A DNA stretch of 64,000 bases from NCBI GenBank assembly GCA_028534125.1, contig CM052818.1:7564001-7628000 (forward strand). Reading direction: 5' to 3'. Both the position numbers and the translations under genes were made by a program. Below the pieces are notes generated by a model. The model was not told the DNA's origin. It was given only the letters and a program-made list of their open reading frames with translations, and made no database searches. This stretch comes from Lama glama (taxonomy: Eukaryota). This document shows, piece after piece, positions 39,816 through 54,529 of the stretch (position 1 is the first letter of the stretch; each line of letters opens with the position of its first letter).

Positions 39816-42800
39816 ATAGATACATACTGTTGTGTGGATTATCTAAGGCAGTGCTTTTGTCTAGATTTCTTTGGTTTGTTTAAGGACACTTCCAGGTTAG
39901 CAAAGCCAACAAAGTGGGAATGTGACCAATTCAGGGAAGCAGGACCCATCTGGTGGGTAAAATGAAATAAATCTCCATGGTACACATACCATCAAACTTT
40001 TATTTGTCTAATTTTTAGCTTTTTCTTTGTGGTATAAAATAACACACAGCAAAGAATAGAGCTTAAGTAAATACTTGGCCATCTCATGTGATAATACCGT
40101 GGTACAAGTTATGGGTTACTTGTCAGCAGACTGCTGTGTTCTTCAGTGTTTGAGGTATTGCCTCCAAAACTCATGAAACAGCCTAACAGAAGTCAAAAGA
40201 TCTATTAGCTGGCTCTCCTACTTAGCCCTATGATTTCATCAAATAAGTTACCCTTTCTGGATATAGATTCTTCTCATCTGTAAAATGAGGAAATTGAAAA
40301 TTGAGTAAGTTGATAGGATATTCCTTAAGGTTCTTTCCTGCTTTAGTGTGTGATTATATGATACAGTAATACCAGTGACTTTTTTCTTCTTCTTTCTGTC
40401 CCTAAAAGGAAAAATTAAGCTTTGTTAAAACTCTTAGGCCGCAAATACCTTTTCCTCAAAAGGATTAGAGTGAGAGCATTTGGCAAGTAAAAAACTGGGC
40501 ACATGTAGGTGTGCAGTAAAAACTTATTGTGGAATATCCAAGGCCATCTGTGTGACTTTGCCTTATGGGTTAGAAGAACATGACCTAAGTGTCACCAGTG
40601 AGGTAGGACTAAAGGAGGAAATCATTTACACACCTGCTTTGGGTGTGGCTAGAGGTAAAGGGACTATGAGGAATGAGTCCTTGATTGCATCCTTGGAAGT
40701 ATTCAGAGATCGTTAGAGGAGAAGCAAGGTCCCAGAGATCAGTTGTGTCCAAAGGTGAAATCAAAGCCTAGACAACAACAGATAGGAAGGAAAATAGGAC
40801 TTAAGAAAAGAAACATCGGAGAAGGCATAGGAATTGTGAGGTAAGTACACTTTGTTTTGTTTAGTTTTCTTCTGGATGAATTTTTTTTTTTTAGTGTTCA
40901 GGGTACTGAAGATCTGTCATTGGTACCTGAGCCCACCTGAGATAAGTGCCAGAGGTTCATTTATTGTAAATGAAGACAAGAAAATTTAAGACAAGACAAG
41001 CCAGATACAGAAGGAGAGTGGGGGAAAGGTCATTGAGATTAAGGTCCATTTGCCAAAGTTTGTTGACTTTGATTCCTAACAGCCAAGAGAGTTTCTTAAA
41101 GTTTTGTTTTTGTATTTGACTCCATGATGTTATTTAATCAGAGATCATTGTAAATAAAGCACATGTGAAAAGCAAAAAGAAAGTTCTTTAAAAAAAAAAA
41201 GTAACTAGTCAATTCAGATTTGGAAAGAAAAGCTTAAAAATTTAATTCTAGCCTTTCTTTCCCTTATGAATATGAGTCTTTGTCTCATTTTAAAATTGCT
41301 CATCATACTCACTTAGGAAATAGGGAGATTTTGTCTTCAGTGTCTTCTTAGAGCTCTTTAAGAAAAATATATTACTTTAGGAGATTATTTGGTAGAAACA
41401 GAGCTTGAAATATATAAGGAATTTTTGTACTATTAATGCTCTATTTTTAATCAGTAAGGTAGTTCATGATGATAGTGTATGAGCTATTATCTTGATTGCC
41501 TTAGGAGTTGAGCAGGAAATACACTCCCAAAATTAAGAGTCAGGATATTGTCTGAAGAACAGCAGGTCCTCAGGTTTTGTTGTGGAGTCAAGTTTAAGTA
41601 AGGCTTAGAGAGTCAGTCACAACTGCATTCTATGTAGTATGAGTATTGGACCTGCCATGTCCGGCTTCTTGAGCAGTTTCATCAGCTTAGAATCACATGA
41701 CATGGCAGGATCACCAAATAGCAAAGTGTTAGAATATCATTTTTACAAATATGTTTCCTGCACAGGACAAAGCAGCCTACCTGAGCTGATTTACCTCTCA
41801 GTAACCTAAGTGGGCCTGCTGCCAGCCAAATGAGCAAAAGAAACATTATGCAGATTTACTCAAGAATAGCTTCTGGGGATGTGACACAGTTACGGAATGC
41901 TGGGTAGCAACAGAAGTAGACATGTAGCCATAAGATAGAGGAGGGTTCATTTTGTGACAAGATATTATTAGACTTAGGGCCACCAAAAGTATTTTCATAT
42001 AAGAGCATATGCCCCCTAGACTCAAGGTGAACACAGTTTAATGGGTGAAGAGTATGGATGGTTTGCATATGCAGCTTATTGAACAGATATGCACTGGCAT
42101 TTGGTCTTGTGACTTAAATTTAGCATACTTTAAAAAATCTTAAATATAATTAAGCACAAAGCAGATTCGCCTTTAGCAAGCAGAGGAATAGACAAGTTCC
42201 ATGTACAACCCTTCACCATAAGAAAACATTTTTAAGAAAAGGTACAGGGGAATTTAAAGAAGCAGGCAGTAACTCTTCAAATGGAGCATACGAGTAGGAT
42301 AATCTAAAAGCAGCTTAAAATCCGTAAGTAAGGTGCCTTCAATAGCTGTTTGGTGAAGCTTGTGCAGTGCCAGCCCCCGCTGGGTACTGCTGTCATTTCT
42401 CCATGTTCATGAGCACCCAGTGGATCTGTTTTAAACTATAAAGCTGGAAATAAGCAAGCATGATCAACTGAAAATGTGACTGAATGTTTAATTATTCTTA
42501 TGCCTGGGATAATGTAGTATTTTATAACAAGACCAAAAAAATCTGCTTCATTTCTTAGTGCTAAAAGGGCAATGTTTTCTTTACTGTGAGTTGTGTTTGA
42601 TGCTTTTGTTTTTTATAAATGGATTGTTTCTTACAGATTATAATACTAAATCTGTTAAAATAGGCTATTACTCTATCATGAAAAGGTAGTTCAGTATCTT
42701 TCTGACATTTATAGAGCATTTATGTAGTTAATTCATTCAGTCTTTTAAGAAATAGAACACTCCCTTTTGAAGTACCTTATTCCATAATTTGAAATTAAGC

Positions 42801-45800
42801 CTGTGTTAAAAATTGTTCTGTGCTTTCCTCTTACTTCCGATTCTTCCCTTTTGGGATACAGACTTCCTTAGGGAGGAGATGAGGGAGAAGTGAATTCTTA
42901 CTTCAGCGAATAGAATCTAGAATTACATCGTGTTTACCTATTTTGCATAACACAGGCCCACCCACACACATTATGAGGTGCTTAAGTGAAAAAACACCGA
43001 GCACACTGCTATTCTGTGTGTGATTCCAGCGTAACTGGAAGATGCTTTAGTACTGTCTGGATTTTATCCTCTGGTTAGAAGGTTGTTTATCTAGCTGTGG
43101 TGATAGCGATGGAATAAAGAGGTAGGTGTTCTGTGGCTTGATTTTAAGTGTCACGTTGTCAGTGCTTAACGTTAAATGTAGGGTTGTAAAAGGAATGATT
43201 TGAGTCATCAGATGGTTTATGTTTAATTTTTTCACATTCAGTTTTAGAAATGTGTTCTGTATAAGTTATATTTCCTTTCCTCTTAAGAGAAGGGTTGAAT
43301 AAATCTTAGGCTCCAAGGCTTTTGTGTTTTTAGGGAGGTTTGTACTGTTAATCTCACCTCCCATCAGTCTTAAAGAAAGCATAAGAAAAATAACTACAGG
43401 GGTTTATTGCCTGTTGACTGTTGGTCAGCCGAAAACTAAAAGCTCTTCATTTGCAATATTTTTCCAATCCAAGCTCAGTACTTAGTTTTTAACATGCTTT
43501 GGAACTCAGTGTTGTCCATTGTTTTCTTTTCCATTATTAAATTTGAGAATTACATTGCCCTCCCAAGGAAATTGTTTGGTAGCCAGAATGATGATGCTGT
43601 TCATTGTACTTTGGTTAACTGTTGACAGTTTATTCAGAATCTAGTTTTTCGATCATAAATTTCCTGAGGTCCTCTGAAAGAGATCTAGGACTTTGAGTTG
43701 ACTAGTTTACTATTTAAACATTTTTACAAGATAGGGAAAAATTATAAAGAATTTTTAAAAAATGTTGAGAGTCTTGCTTTATAAGAATTTGGGTAATGTT
43801 TCTACCTGAATGTTTTGTTGTTCTTCCTCTGATGTGATAGGAGGAGATTTAATAATTTTAGATCTGATGATTGATTGTAGGGGGAAAGGGCTCTTTCTGC
43901 TAAACATTGAACAGTTGTAAGTTCCCAGCAGTGTTCCTTTCTGAAGCATTTTATTTTCTTTAAAAGAAAAGGTATAACTGAGATTTTTCTTTTTATAGAA
44001 AATTCATGAGAAACAATGTTTTTGCTAGAATATTTACATACTGCTCAGTAATGTGTGTTCATTTTTGATCAAATTTTCTTATCTATTTGTGAGGGAGTAG
44101 TATTTACTCTTGTAATGTATACCACAGAAGTTAAGTCAGTGACGAGAAAAGTTGCAGATTAGGAGAAAACATTGATCATAATAATTGGGGTATAATGTAA
44201 TGTATATAACAATAACCAAGAGTGGAGAGAGGAGATTTGTAGAAATATCCCAGCTATATGTATGTATTATGTTCCTAATGAAAAAAGTTAAGTAGAAATA
44301 CCATACTGAGTGATTTAAAATATTCACTCTGCTAAAAAATAGATGTTCTTAGCCTCCCACATATAATGTCTCTGAATTACTGCTATAAAAAATTATGGGG
44401 AAAACTATGACTTGGTCAGAGAAAGATCAGCTGCTGTTACTTTTGAGAACTTTGCATGAACTGAAGAGAAAACTAAAACTCATAACATGAAACTTTTTCA
44501 TTAGTGAGATTATAGAATTGTCGTCTTTTAATAATGACTTCTCTCTATAGGTAGCTGATTTTACTGTTAGAAAAAATATTGGAGATTTGTTTGTAATTTG
44601 AATTATCAGCTGTATTTTTCTTTTCCCATTCCTTTTTAATGGAGCTTACGATGAAATTGTGAAACTATAAAAGAATTAAAATTAACTTCCTTGTAAGAGC
44701 AGGGACTACATATACTGAATCTTATTTGATTTAGATACAGTTTTTTTCACTATTGAGTATCAAACATTTATATAGTATTCAGCCTTGAAACTAATTGCAA
44801 TGATCTTTGAGGCTTTTGATTATATTTCAGAGCAGTAGAAAACTAGAACTTTCTTCATCGTATCTGAGTACAAAGAACAGATTATAAACATCTGTTCAGA
44901 TACTGAGAAATAAAAATGCATCTCTGAGAAAATGATTAAATCTTAAGGGATGAGGCAGCATCGCCACAAATTAACAAAGTATTATTAAAACCAACTTTGT
45001 ATGCCTAACTGAGTACATTTAACAAACTCTTGATTTTTTTTTTTTAACACTACATTAGGTCCTTGAAAATCACTGGTTTAACTCTCATGGTTTGAATAGT
45101 TTTAAGAGACTCAGAATTGTGTATCTAGTGAGCGAATCAAGCAGATGGCCCAACATACAAATCTCAGTGCAACTTACTTGTTCTCATTCAGTTCTGGTGA
45201 CAAATCCTCTGAGGTGTGGAAAATATTGTCCCCGGTTCGTAGGGCGAAAGACCACGTGCTGCAGAACTGGATTGTAAATCTGAGAATTCACGGAGGACCC
45301 TGGATGTAGCCCTCATGACAGTCAAGGGCCAGAGTTCTCAGGGTTGACCCTAGACGGTCATAACTTAGTCCTTCACAAGTGTTTCTTCTAGTTTGAAGAA
45401 AACGCTATCATAATGAAATAATTAGTGAGTAGTTCAGGAAAATATTTGACTTTCTGACTCTTCAAGATTTTTTTTTTTTAAAGAAATGTGTCAGAATTAT
45501 CCAGGGCTGCTTTTCTCCAACTCTTCTTCCTGCCAACTCCCCTTTCTGTTCCCTTTCTTTTTTAAGACTAGAATTCATGTGTATAGGTGGACAGAACTCA
45601 AGTAAATTCAAATACTGTTAAAGGTTTCAGTGTATAGCATTAATTCAGAAGCTATGATACAGTTCCGTATATGAAGAGTGATAGTAGGAAAAGAGTTGGA
45701 GGATTTTCTTGTTTGTTGTTTAGTTTCTCAATGTATTTCTCTCCTCCCCACCCCTCACCCCCATTTACTTTAATTTTAAACTCAATTGTTTCAGCAGTTC

Positions 45801-46464
45801 CAGAGCGCTAGCTAGAGTTTGAGTTGTAACCTTGGTTTTCTTGTCTATAAAAGGAGGAATATAATAGTTCCTACCTCATAGGGTCGTTCCAGGGATTTAA
45901 TCAGTTGACATATGTAAAGTGTTGAGAATGGTGCTTAGCACAGAGACAGAACCCAGGAGGCGCTGGACGCTATGAAGAAAGGGTGGCGCAAGCACGAGCT
46001 GCCTGCCAGTGTTGGATGCTGATTTTAGAAAAGTATAGAATTTCCCATGAATATACTTTTATGTGATGTTGTTTGTTCAAATATCTATCTAATCCCACCG
46101 AATTTGCTGCTTTCTGCAGATTTGTGTTTGTAACTCTAGTGGTTAAACCTAGGGGGAATTCTAATCTTGCCTTCTGAAAAGCGTATCATCATTCTTGGTA
46201 CTTCGGTAAGGGTTGAATACAGGCCAAGCATTGGCAGAGACAATAAAAATGAGTCCTTAGTTGTATCTTCCCCCCCCACCCTTTGTGTCTTTTAAAATAC
46301 ATTTTCTAGATGTGGGGAGTTAAGTGGTCATTTTGGGGTAGAGTGGCAAGGTTGTATTTAAATCCCCTCCCCCAGTCAGGAATACTGCCCTGTGGTTTTC
46401 TCTTGGCTAGCACTTTCCTGAGAGTACATGAAGCCTCCTGTCCCTAGGCTATCTGGACTCATTT

Positions 46465-46650
46465 CTTTTCTTTTTAAAAAAAATTTATTGAAGTATAGTC
46501 AGTTTACAATGTTGTGTCAGTTTTTGGTGTACAGTATAAATGTTTCAGTCATACATACACATACATATATTGATTTTCTTGTCCTTTTTCATTATAGATT
46601 ACTACAAGATATTGAATATAGTTCCCTGTGCTACACAATGGAGACTTGTT
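46465..46650 (-). mobile_element. Younger, 5'-truncated L1 3' end (artiodactyl type)
   Basis: tttattgaagtatagtcagtttacaatgttgtg...gatattgaatatagttccctgtgctacac; imperfect flanking duplication tggactca..tttct. Confidence 0.85.
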
Positions 46651-47065
46651 TATGGACTCAGATTTCTAATACGTGTTTTTTTCCTTCCTGATGGGGCCAG
46701 GAATTTGTCTTAGTGTAATACCCTGTTTTTTTCCTTGGGTTCCTTCCTCCCCTCCCCATTTTTTAAATAAGCTTGCAAAATCCACTTCATTTACTGATTT
46801 TTATTGTTGTTCACTACCAGGAAGCAGGGTTGACAAATACAGTGAGCATTGAGGAAGTGACAAAGATTCAAATAACGTCAAAAAGCCCTAGTCATAGTTG
46901 CACAGTTGTTATTTGTCTATGGCTGGAGTGTAACTTGTCTAGAGGTTGTTTTACTTTCTAGTCTTTCTTCCAAATGGTCCCATAATAGGGTCTCTTACTC
47001 TTATTTAGGAATCAGCCCCACCCAGGTTTGTCTGGGGTGTGATTGGTTGGTATCAGAAAACCTAA

Positions 47066-47283
47066 ATTAGGAGTTTGGGATTAACAGATGTACACTATAT
47101 AAAATAGGTAAACAACAAGGACCTACTGTATAGCACAGGGAACTATATTCAATTTCTTGTAATAAGCTATAATGGAAAATAATCTGAAAAAAATATATAT
47201 GTATATGTATAACTAAACTGCTTCGTTGTATACCTGAAACTAATGTTATAAACCAACTACACTTCAATTTAAAAAAAAAAAAA
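47066..47283 (+). mobile_element. Younger, 5'-truncated L1 3' end with poly(A)
   Basis: aacaacaaggacctactgtatagcacagggaactatattcaa...caactacacttcaatttaaaaaaaaaaaaa. Confidence 0.88.
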
Positions 47284-47394
47284 GGGACTACTTAACTTCT
47301 AGGAGCATCAGTTTTCTCATTTATAAGATAAGATAAATGATTATACTTGATACAGTTGTGATAGAAATTAAATGAGTTAATGTACATTTAATAC

Positions 47395-47600
47395 ATGTGT
47401 TTCAATTCTGGCTCTGCCAAATATTGCCTGTTTGTCCTTGAACCAATCACTAGCTTTTCTGACTGACAATCTCTGTTTCTTATCTGGAAAATGGAGTTAG
47501 TAAGACTTTCCTACCTAATTCACAGGATTATTGTGAGAGTCAAATAAAATAATCTTATGTGAAAGCACTTTACTAATTAACATTCTATGTAAGTGCTAGA
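47395..47600 (+). mobile_element. MIR SINE
   Basis: ttctggctctgcc...tctctgtttcttatctggaaaatggag...cacaggattattgtgagagtcaaa. Confidence 0.7.
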
Positions 47601-48141
47601 TAGACTTTAATCCAAGGTTGATTCAAATTGATACCCCTTTTGATTTAAAAGCATTCCCCCCTGCTTTCCAAAACCTGCTTTTAGTTTTTCTAGATACCGG
47701 TCCCCTAGGTCATTCCTTATCTGGCCTTCACAGATTAGTCTTTCACTAAGTGTCAGGATTGGCCAGCATTGACCTTAAAGCTACTTCTTTGGGCACCCCA
47801 ACTCCAGTCCCTTTCCTTCAACCACTTGAGAGAGGTTGCTACAATATTAAAGTATCTCAAATACACAGAAATATTAGTAATTCATCACCGTCAGGGTAAG
47901 ATGATAGTTCTCCCATTCTCACTCCCAGCCATTCTCACCAAATGTAATAAAATACTGAAACTGCAGCTACTTTTAAAAGCCATTGCCTTCCCTATCCCAA
48001 AGCTTAGTAACAACCTTTTAAGACATCAGTATGATTATGGTAGTAAGCAAACGCTTATTAAATACCTTACTACGTACCAGCATTATGCCAAAAATAAGGG
48101 AAATACCCCTCCTAAAAACGTTGTCTTCTCCAGCTTGAGAT

Positions 48142-48350
48142 TAGAGCAGTGGTTCTCAGGGTAAAGGATGGGAAGGAAGTTAGGGGGTGGGGGATGGGAA
48201 GGTGAGACTTTCTGACTATCACAACTAGGGGTGCTAATCCATCTAGGGAGTGTAAAGGTCAGGGTGCTGCTGAACCTCCTACTATGCATAGGATTGTAGT
48301 CAATATGTAGTCAGAATATCAGTAGTGGCAAGGTTGAAAAACCTTACTTT
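48142..48350. mobile_element. MER20-like hAT-Charlie MITE
   Basis: cagtggttctca...tcacaactaggggtgcta...aaggttgaaaaacc. Confidence 0.65.
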
Positions 48351-51300
48351 AGAGGAACAAATACTGTCTGGGAAAGATGTTAATTGCTTTCCCATCAGGA
48401 TGAAAATATGCTACCACTGTAGCTGATAGAATATCCGCTTGTCATTTGGCCACCCGAAAAGGGGAGGCTGGGAGTTTGTCCAGGAAGTGCCCTGTATCTT
48501 GAGAAGGAGAACATGGCCTTCAGTTCCTTCAGTGCAATACTGAGAAGCTGGAAGACAGCAACAGAAAGTAAAGTAGTAACTTCATACTCCTACAGCTGAT
48601 ACCATTATTTCTCCTATCCCTCCTCTCCTTTTATGGAAAAATGCTGCTTATTATTCCTGCTGATTGTGAAAGAAGGAAGAAAGTGATTAAACTTTCACTC
48701 TTACCGAGAAACTGCTATAAATTTACCACCTCCAATCATCAGCTAAATTGGTTTCGTAAAATGGCTCCACCACAAATATACCAAAACAGTTCCTTCTGTT
48801 TGAATCATCCTTTTGAAATCAGCCACAAGGGAACTCTAGTGTAGATGGAAGTATGTTTCATCAGAGGTAATGTATGCAATCCACATTATATTTTTCACCA
48901 TTAAGAAGCATTGTAACATTTCCATATTTTAAAACATTTTCTTTTCTTCCTCAGCACCCCTTATGCCTACTCACTTGCCTGCAGTGTTCAAAAGATCATG
49001 TAAACATCTTCGTAAGCTCTGCTTTGTCTCTTGCTTACTGTTTGTTTTGCTTCTGTTTTTCAGGACAGAATTTTGTACTTGGATTTAGTAGGTAGGTAGT
49101 AAAAAGGCTGTGTGCAAGGTAAATAATAAAAGAAAAAAAAGTGTTGAGGGAGCAATTTGGACAAAGATTGATTTCCCAGTTTTCCCTCTTTAGGTAAAAC
49201 TGACAATTACATGTTACAGAAAGTCTTTTCTTTGGGAAGACTTGATATGAAAACAGTTGTCCTTCACTGGCCTTTAAAGAACAGATTTTTAGAATGTATC
49301 AAATTAATGAGACTATTTCTAAGAAATACGTATTTTATGGCTAACTTTTCATGGTTTTCTAGCCCACACAGAAAATAACACTATTCCAGAATATATTTAT
49401 TTTAAAAAATTTGTTTAACTTGGGAAGGTCCCTCCTGATTAGAACAGCATGCTTAATTTTCAAGGATCAAGCAAAGTTTCAAAGTAATAGATATTATAGA
49501 AAACAACCTTATGTATCTTACCAAGATTTTCTCTATCATTTTTTTTCCAGTCTCTTGTAGAATTCATGGTGCCATTTCATGTTTGTGCTAGATCACATTG
49601 GGATAGGACTGAATATATGGGGTCAGGCCAAATGATTGAATACCAACAGGTGGGACCAGTAATTGAGACATTAGAATATACTTTATGTACATCTCATTTT
49701 GTGTTTTCTAGAGCATGACTTCAGGAGTTGATTTTGAAGAATTCTGTATCTTTTCAGAGTTTAAAATACAGAGAATGTATAAAAAGTGAGCATAAGTGCA
49801 CTGTCCAGCTGCTAGGCTTTAAGATTCTAAACCATTGTGAAGATCATGAATCTTTCTTCAGAACACCCAAAGATTACAGTAACTTCTTTCTAACAGTTAT
49901 CTGTCAACATGTATTAGAATTGCAGAGAAAGGTTCCAGGAGAAGTAGCTGTCATGGCACATTTTATTCATAGTTTAAGAATGCCAGTTATATATCGATTA
50001 AATGCCATTTTAAATTTAATAGAACTTTATCTTGGTTCATGTAAGTGTATAAATAACCAATACTACTTAAGTGTTTTATTACAGATTTTAGATTATTAGA
50101 TACAGAAATAGGAGCCAAGTTTGAATGTGTTCCTGTGATTGAAACTTTGATAACACTGACGAAATGTCCCAAGTCAGGCCTTCTAAGGGACTTAACCAGA
50201 GTAAGAATAATTGGGAATATGTTATTTTTCTGACTAATTTGGTCAAGGGCTCTAGGAAGTATAGAATGGTGGGTATATGCTAGCCCTGCTCTTAATTCCT
50301 TGTCAAAGCTAAAAATTGTTCCTTTGCTGTAGAGGCAATAGGACTAAATCTATAGTTCTATATGTACATTACTTGTAAATTCTTATGTTAGGACCAGATG
50401 GTCTCATATATTTCCACCTCCAAAATTCTCTTCATTTTACTTTAGTCCCTTCATTTTTAGAGGTGAGGAAACAGATTGCTTTGTTCAAAGAGAGCGGGAA
50501 CTAGAACATAGGCTAATACTTGCTAGCCATGCTATAAACTAGTGTCAGCCAAATATGGGCATTCACGTATCACTTTCAGATTTTTGCCGTATCTGTGTAC
50601 TTACTAATACTATTTAATGCTATTGAAATTGGCTTCTTTAAATAAGTTTTTTTAAGGAAATTTTTTGGTACTATAAATGGAAAACCACTGTTTCCTAAAA
50701 ATAGAAAGTAACTCTAAATAGGAATCCAAATCAAGATAACACAATGTTACTAAAATTTAATTTTTAAATTTATTTATTATTATTAAAATTTTAATTCTTA
50801 CTGTTCTTGATCAGAAATGTGTCAAAGCAATGTTTTCATGTTTGATGGCAGTACCTTAATTGTCTTAAGAAATGCACAGTTGAAGCCTCTAATTAAGCTT
50901 CTGTTAGGCTTTTTTAAATGGGCTGCTTCTTTAGGGGGGAAGTAAAAGGATATGGGTACATGTTCATATATTGAAATACAGTCTAGTGTAAATCAGAAGG
51001 TCTTGTTTTATGGGACAAAAATTATTCTTTGGTTAACTGTTCTTGAAAATACTTCCACATTTTTACGTTGCAGGTTTTAGTTAGCTTCACATCAGTTTCT
51101 TTTCCTAAATGGAGAATTTGATCAGTACAGTTTATTTTACTTAAGTGAACATTTCTGCACAAACCTAATGTCTCATAATTATGATGATATACCTAAATAT
51201 CAGTTTCTGTAAGCTTTGAGCAATCTAATATATTAAAATCTGATCATCAAAAACAAATTCATTTGGGGAAATGAGAAAATTTTATAGTATATTTGAAAGG

Positions 51301-51844
51301 AGGAATTGTTTTTCTTAAAATAGTTCTTAAGAATGTTTCATTTCTTTAATTTAGTAAGCAATTTTAAAATTTACCAACAAAAATAGTGTGTTTGAATTGC
51401 TGGTCTAAATGTATATGTCCGTTACAAGGTATAAAAAAGGGGTCAGAATAGCTAAGCCTTGTCCTTTTACTTGTTCTTATTCATTGGGCTACAAATATTC
51501 TATGTTGCCTTCTCTCCATAAGTGCTGCTATACAGGCATATTTCACTATAATGCAGGAAAAGACAAGTAGGCATTTTTCATTCATGAGTTGCCTGTGAAA
51601 CCAATTGGTGCAAATATAAAACCAGGAGACTTTGATGGATTAGCTAGAAGAGTTTTCTTGTGAAACCTTCATAATAGGGCTAACAGGAAGACCAGGGAGA
51701 GAATAGTTAATAGGAGATACCTGGTCCCATTAAGCTGCTGATAAAATAGACATCATAGTATTGTGGGGATTGTTTACTGTAGTGATTTTTCTAGCTTTTC
51801 AGATGGGCTAGTCTTTTGTTTTTCATACTTGTGTCAAATTTGTA

Positions 51845-54340
51845 TTTTTTAATTAAAATTTTTATTTTGAAGTAATTGTAGATTCACATGCAGTTGTAAG
51901 AAATAATACGAGAAAAAGAGAGATCTTGTGTACCCTTTACCCAGTTCCCCCCAATGGAAATATCTTGCAAAACTGTCGTACAGTATCACAGCCAAAATGT
52001 TGATACTGACAAAGGTATAGAACATTTCCATCACCCCAGTGATTCTTCCCTGTTACCCTTCTGCAGCCACACCCACTGCCCCTGATACTCCCACCCCACC
52101 TCAACCTGTGGCAACCACTAATCTGTTTTCCATTTTTGTAACTTTATCATTTCAGGAATGTTAGGTAAACAGAATCATTTATGTAACCNNNNNNNNNNNN
52201 NNNNNNNNNNNNNNNNNNNNNNNNNNNNNNNNNNNNNNNNNNNNNNNNNNNNNNNNNNNNNNNNNNNNNNNNNNNNNNNNNNNNNNNNNNNNNNNNNNNN
52301 NNNNNNNNNNNNNNNNNNNNNNNNNNNNNNNNNNNNNNNNNNCTGGGCTGATTCCAGTTTTGGGCTGTTATGAATAAAGCGGCTATAAACATTTATGTAC
52401 AGGTTTTGTGTGAACATAAATCCTGATTTCTCTGGAATAAAAATGCCCAGAAGTGTAATATATATATTGCCTTAAATAATTGCCTTAAATATTTCCTTTA
52501 CATAGATTTGGAACCACATCAGACAGTGTTAAAATTTTTGCTTTGACTTTCAGACGCAATGTAGAAAATTAAAAAGAAGGAAAGCTTATAATGTACCCAA
52601 ATTTTTACTACTATGTTCTGATGTTCCAGGGTTTTGTTTTATTTTTTTTCTCTAATATTATTTCTTTTCTGTTTAGAGAATTCCTCTAGCCATTCTATTA
52701 GAGTAGATCTGCCAGTGACAAATTGTCTTAACTCTCCCTCATCTGAGAATGTCTTGATTTCCTCTCCATTTTTGCCTGGTATAGGAGTCAGGATTGATAG
52801 TTACTTTCAGCACCTGAAAAAAACATGCCACTTGCTTCTGGCTTCTATAGTTTCTGGTGAGAAATCCACTGTCATTCTAATTGTTTTTCCCCTGCAGGAA
52901 AGGTGTAGTTTCTCTCTGAATGCTTTCAAGATAATTTCTTTGCCTTTAGTTTCCTAAAGTTTAATTATGATGCATCTTATCATCAATTTCTTTAGTTTTA
53001 TCCTGTGTGGAGTTTGTTCAGCTTCCTGAATCAGTGGTTTTGTTTCTCTTTCCAAATTTGGTGAGTCTCAGCCATGATTTCTTTGAGTACTCTTTCAGTT
53101 TAACTCTTTATCCTTTCATCATGGGCTCCAGTGGTACAAATGTTAGATCTTTTCCTGTAGCACCACAGATCCATCAGGCTCTGTTTTTGGTTTTTTGGGG
53201 TTTTTTTGCTTGTTTTTTTTTCCAGTCTGTTTTCTCTCTGTTGTTCAGATTGGGCACTTTCTATCATCCAGTTCATTGATTCTTTACTGCATCCCTTTCA
53301 TTCTGATGTTGAGCACATCCAGTGAGCTCTTTTGTATCTTCTGTTTCTTTGCAGAGACTTTGTCCCAAACATATTTGTAATTGATTATTGAAGAATTTTG
53401 ATCATAAGTGGTTTAAAATCTTTGTTAGATAATTCTCAAATCTCTGTCATCTCAGTTGTGGCATCTGTTGATTAGCATTTTTGCATTGTTTTAATTCTTT
53501 CTAGTTCTTGATACAATAAATGGTTTTCTTTTGAAACCTGGACATTTTTTTGTATTATATTCTGACACTCTGGATGTTATCCAGACCTTCTGTTTTCATG
53601 GGCTTTTCCGGACATAACTCTGTCAGGGGAATATGGGGAGCCTCCTCATTACTGCCAGGTAGACATGGAAGTCCGGGTTCCCTACTCAGCCTCCATTGAC
53701 ATGTGAGGGACGGAGATCACTGCCAAGTCAGGATAGAAGTCCAGGCTCCAGAGGTCTCCACTGATACCACTCAGACAAAGGGGGTCACACTACCAGCCAA
53801 CTGGGTAGAAGTCCTGGCTCTCTACTTGGCCTGCTCTGACACTGCCTATAACAGGGGCGGGGGCCAGGGGAGGTCAGGCCTCCTCATTATGGCCTCATGA
53901 GGTAGAAGTCTGGGCTCCCCATTCAGCTCTTGCTGCTGTGGACAGTGGTAGAGTTACCATGTTTTTCTGTGTTGTTAAGCTGCAGTAAAGCAGTTATTGT
54001 CAAAAGTTTTCTATCTTGCCAAGGGTGCCCTTTTTTTGTTCCTTGGACTAGAGAGAGCAGGCATTGTTGGGTGTGGTGTTTTTTATCTCTGCCAGTTGGC
54101 ATTTCCAGGTTGCTGGATTCTTAAGCTCCAAGGCTGGGATATACAGGCAAAAGGAAAGCCCAGATAACTCACCACTGAGTCCTTCCTTGAGCCCTGAGGT
54201 CTCTAACTGGTCTGCCTTCTCTCTATTTTTCAGAGTCTTCTTATTTTTTTAATACAATGTCCACGGTTTTTAGTTGTAGTTAGCAGAAATTATAGGAGAA
54301 AATATATCTACTTCATCTTCCTGGAACTAGAAGTCCCCAG
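51845..54340 (-). mobile_element. L1MC-like 3' end plus an adjoining older L1M fragment (antisense)
   Basis: ttttattttgaagtaattgtagattcacatgcagttgtaagaaataatac..., ttccagttttgggctgttatgaataaagc, ccctcatctgagaatgtcttgatttcc. Confidence 0.8.
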
Positions 54341-54529
54341 ATTTACATTTTTAATCTGTTTAAACAGATGTATCAAATATATAACCATTATTGGGGGAAA
54401 TGTCACACACTTTATATATTATGTGATACTTTACATAATATTGTGCTCACGAGGACTGCTAGAAAGGAACATCTTTATTTAAACTGAAATTCATTGTTCA
54501 TACTATTAATGAGAACTTTTTCCCTCTAG

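Noticed and set aside
47769-50099. 131-aa and 123-aa intronic ORFs
   Set aside because: TTG starts, no recognisable homology, no splice support, and partial overlap with repeats.
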